Source of the DNA: an uncultured Candidatus Saccharibacteria bacterium | GTDB lineage: Bacteria; Patescibacteriota; Minisyncoccia; Phycocordibacterales; UBA6065 | DNA length: 14,313 nucleotides | NCBI GenBank assembly: GCA_964627275.1 | Contig: CAZVHT010000022.1 | Location: forward strand, 1-14,313 | Direction: 5' to 3' | Shown: in pieces, positions 12,450-14,313 of the stretch | How the letters are laid out: each line of letters opens with the position of its first letter | How positions within the stretch are numbered: the stretch's first letter is position 1 | Translations under genes and position numbers: made by a program | The notes under the pieces: generated by a model | The model's input: only the letters and a program-made list of their open reading frames with translations | Databases searched by the model: none | Told to the model about the DNA's origin: nothing

Positions 12450-13130
12450 ATGATTCGTTTTGATAAAGTTTCAAAGATATATGCGGATAATTTTGCGGCG
12501 CTGTCAGACATAAATATCAACATAGAGCCAAAGGAGTTCGTCTCCATCGTCGGTCACTCCGGAGCGGGCAAGACGACTCTTATAAAGATGATTATGGCTG
12601 AAGAAAAGCCGACTAAGGGCAAGGTTTATTTTGATTCAATAGATGTCCATAAATTGCGGAACGGCAAAAAGCCACAATATCGCCGCCGAATAGGAACGGT
12701 GTTTCAGGATTATCGTTTGATACCGGGGAAAACGGTGTTTGAGAATATCGCTTTTGCTATGGAAGTGGCAGGCAGAACAGATGAAGAGATTGCTTCGGAT
12801 GTTCCCCATGTTCTCGGCCTAGTCGATCTCGGCAGAAAAATCTGGAGTTTCCCTCATGAACTATCCGGCGGAGAAAAACAACGTGTAGCCATAGCCCGGG
12901 CCATAGTCAATCAGCCAGATCTGATCATTGCCGATGAACCAACCGGAAATCTGGATCCTATAAATACCCACGAAATCGTCCAGGTTCTCAAAAAAATAAA
13001 CAATTTGGGTACGACCGTAATTCTCACCACTCACAACAAAGGTGTCATTGAATCGGTGGGCGGACGCGTCATTACCCTAGAAAACGGCAAAATAATTCGT
13101 GATGATAAAGAGGGTAAATATGCAATTTAA
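12450..13130 (+). CDS. ftsE: Cell division ATP-binding protein FtsE
   Basis: 226 aa with Walker A GHSGAGKTT, ABC signature LSGGEKQR and Walker B LIIADEPT. It lies directly upstream of ftsX. Confidence 0.9.
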   Translation: MIRFDKVSKIYADNFAALSDININIEPKEFVSIVGHSGAGKTTLIKMIMAEEKPTKGKVYFDSIDVHKLRNGKKPQYRRRIGTVFQDYRLIPGKTVFENIAFAMEVAGRTDEEIASDVPHVLGLVDLGRKIWSFPHELSGGEKQRVAIARAIVNQPDLIIADEPTGNLDPINTHEIVQVLKKINNLGTTVILTTHNKGVIESVGGRVITLENGKIIRDDKEGKYAI

Positions 13131-13150
13131 AATCTGATATACTTTAGAAT

Positions 13151-14068
13151 ATGCTATGGATTGCTATAAAACGCGTTTTTAAATCAGGTTTCGTCTCATT
13201 TTGGCGAAACGGTTTTGTGTCTCTGTCCTCTATTTTAATTATTACTCTCACTCTGTTTACGCTGGGCGGCATTGTTTTTGCCGGAGCGCTTCTCAATTAT
13301 TCACTTGAAGAAATAAAGTCAAAAGTAGACATCAATGTTTATTTTGTGCCGAGCGCCAACGAAAACGATATTCTCGCCTTGAAGAATAAACTCAAATCCC
13401 TGCCGGAAGTAGCCAGCGTCGAATACATCACGCGGGCAGATACTTTGGCAAACTTTAAACAGCGCCACAACAATGACGAAATCACTCTCCAAGCTCTGGA
13501 CGAACTAGGCGATAACCCTCTGGGTGCTGTTTTGAATATTCGCGCCAGAGAGACTTCCCAATATGAAGGCATAGCCAAATTTCTCGAGGGAGAATCAGGT
13601 GAGGCTGGAACGTTTATAGACAAAATAAACTATTATCAAAACAAAACGGCTATAGATACGTTGTCGAAAATTATAAACGGAGGCACCACTATCGCTTTTT
13701 TTGTCACATTGGTTCTCGCCATCATTTCTATTCTCATAGCTTTCAATACCATACGTTTGGCCATATATATCGCCCGCGAAGAAATTTCCGTCATGAGACT
13801 GGTCGGCGCCGGCAATACTTTTATCCGTGGTCCGTTTATGGTTGTCGGCCTCTTATACGGTTTTGTCTCCGGAATAATCACCCTTCTAATTTTTTATCCC
13901 GTTACGTATTGGATATCCGGCATAACAAAAACTTTTTTCAGCGGTTTTAGCCTCTTTGGCTACTATACTTCGAATCTCTTGGCGCTTTTTGGTCTCATTG
14001 TGGGTGGCGGGCTCGTCCTCGGCGCCCTGTCCAGTTTTCTCGCCGTGCGCAAATATCTGCGAATCTGA
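13151..14068 (+). CDS. ftsX: Cell division permease-like protein FtsX
   Basis: 305 aa: an N-terminal TM helix, a periplasmic-type loop domain, then three C-terminal TM helices. Position after ftsE supports the call. Confidence 0.85.
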   Translation: MLWIAIKRVFKSGFVSFWRNGFVSLSSILIITLTLFTLGGIVFAGALLNYSLEEIKSKVDINVYFVPSANENDILALKNKLKSLPEVASVEYITRADTLANFKQRHNNDEITLQALDELGDNPLGAVLNIRARETSQYEGIAKFLEGESGEAGTFIDKINYYQNKTAIDTLSKIINGGTTIAFFVTLVLAIISILIAFNTIRLAIYIAREEISVMRLVGAGNTFIRGPFMVVGLLYGFVSGIITLLIFYPVTYWISGITKTFFSGFSLFGYYTSNLLALFGLIVGGGLVLGALSSFLAVRKYLRI

Positions 14069-14088
14069 TTTAGGCCTACAAATAGGCT

Positions 14089-14313
14089 ATGAAAAAAATT
14101 CTGATCGTTTTAATTATCGCTACTGCCGGTCTAGCTCTGATATCTTTGTTTAGAACGGATAAACAAATATATCAATCCGTTTACAGAGAGACCCCCAGAG
14201 AAAAAGTTCGAATTCTATTTGTGGGAGATCTGATGTTTGACCGAACTATACGTACGATCGCCGAAGAAAAAGATTATGACTATCTCTTTTCATGTATAAG
14301 TGATTATTTGCAG
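14089..14313 (+). CDS. CapA-like (poly-gamma-glutamate synthesis/metallophosphatase family) protein, 3' part outside the window
   Basis: Open frame from ATG 14089 to the window end: MKKILIVLIIATAGLALISLF...VRILFVGDLMFDRTIRT. The signal-anchor plus the GDxMxxR motif is typical of CapA-type proteins. It is absent from the ORF track because no stop codon lies in the window. Confidence 0.6.
   Translation, partial: MKKILIVLIIATAGLALISLFRTDKQIYQSVYRETPREKVRILFVGDLMFDRTIRTIAEEKDYDYLFSCISDYLQ

Overview
The window reads as a chromosomal segment from a small-genome bacterium with almost no Shine-Dalgarno sequences. Gene content and style look Patescibacteria/CPR-like, but that is inference: no database search was possible. 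TGA is used as a stop codon and an RF2 gene is present, so the standard code applies. Housekeeping genes flank the window: the ligA 3' end and gatC-gatA on the left, and prfB, ftsE, ftsX and a CapA-like gene on the right. Between about 3.9 and 11.3 kb lies a compositionally patchy accessory region. It starts at an initiator-like tRNA-Met and carries a possible recombinase remnant, a P-loop/PL14-like/GNAT trio, a nucleotidyltransferase, a NYN nuclease gene, four more tRNA genes and an HNH endonuclease. Main observations: (1) A complete, canonical type III hammerhead ribozyme (6773-6825) sits inside a GC-richer three-gene operon of unrecognised proteins (5977-7424) that has its own consensus promoter and terminator. 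(2) A single-gene cassette of the same style (210-879), 5.7 kb away, shares short promoter, leader and junction motifs with that operon. (3) Two diverged 156-bp direct repeats (8191-8346 and 9364-9519) bracket the NYN gene. They have helix-compatible substitutions and 3' ends that resemble the tRNA-Met 3' end, so they are either paralogous structured RNAs or att-type junctions of tandem integrated elements. (4) A 176-nt group I intron interrupts the anticodon loop of tRNA-Thr(GGU), and a free-standing HNH endonuclease gene lies next to it. Protein calls rest on motifs read by eye. The four GC-rich-cassette proteins could not be assigned to any family.
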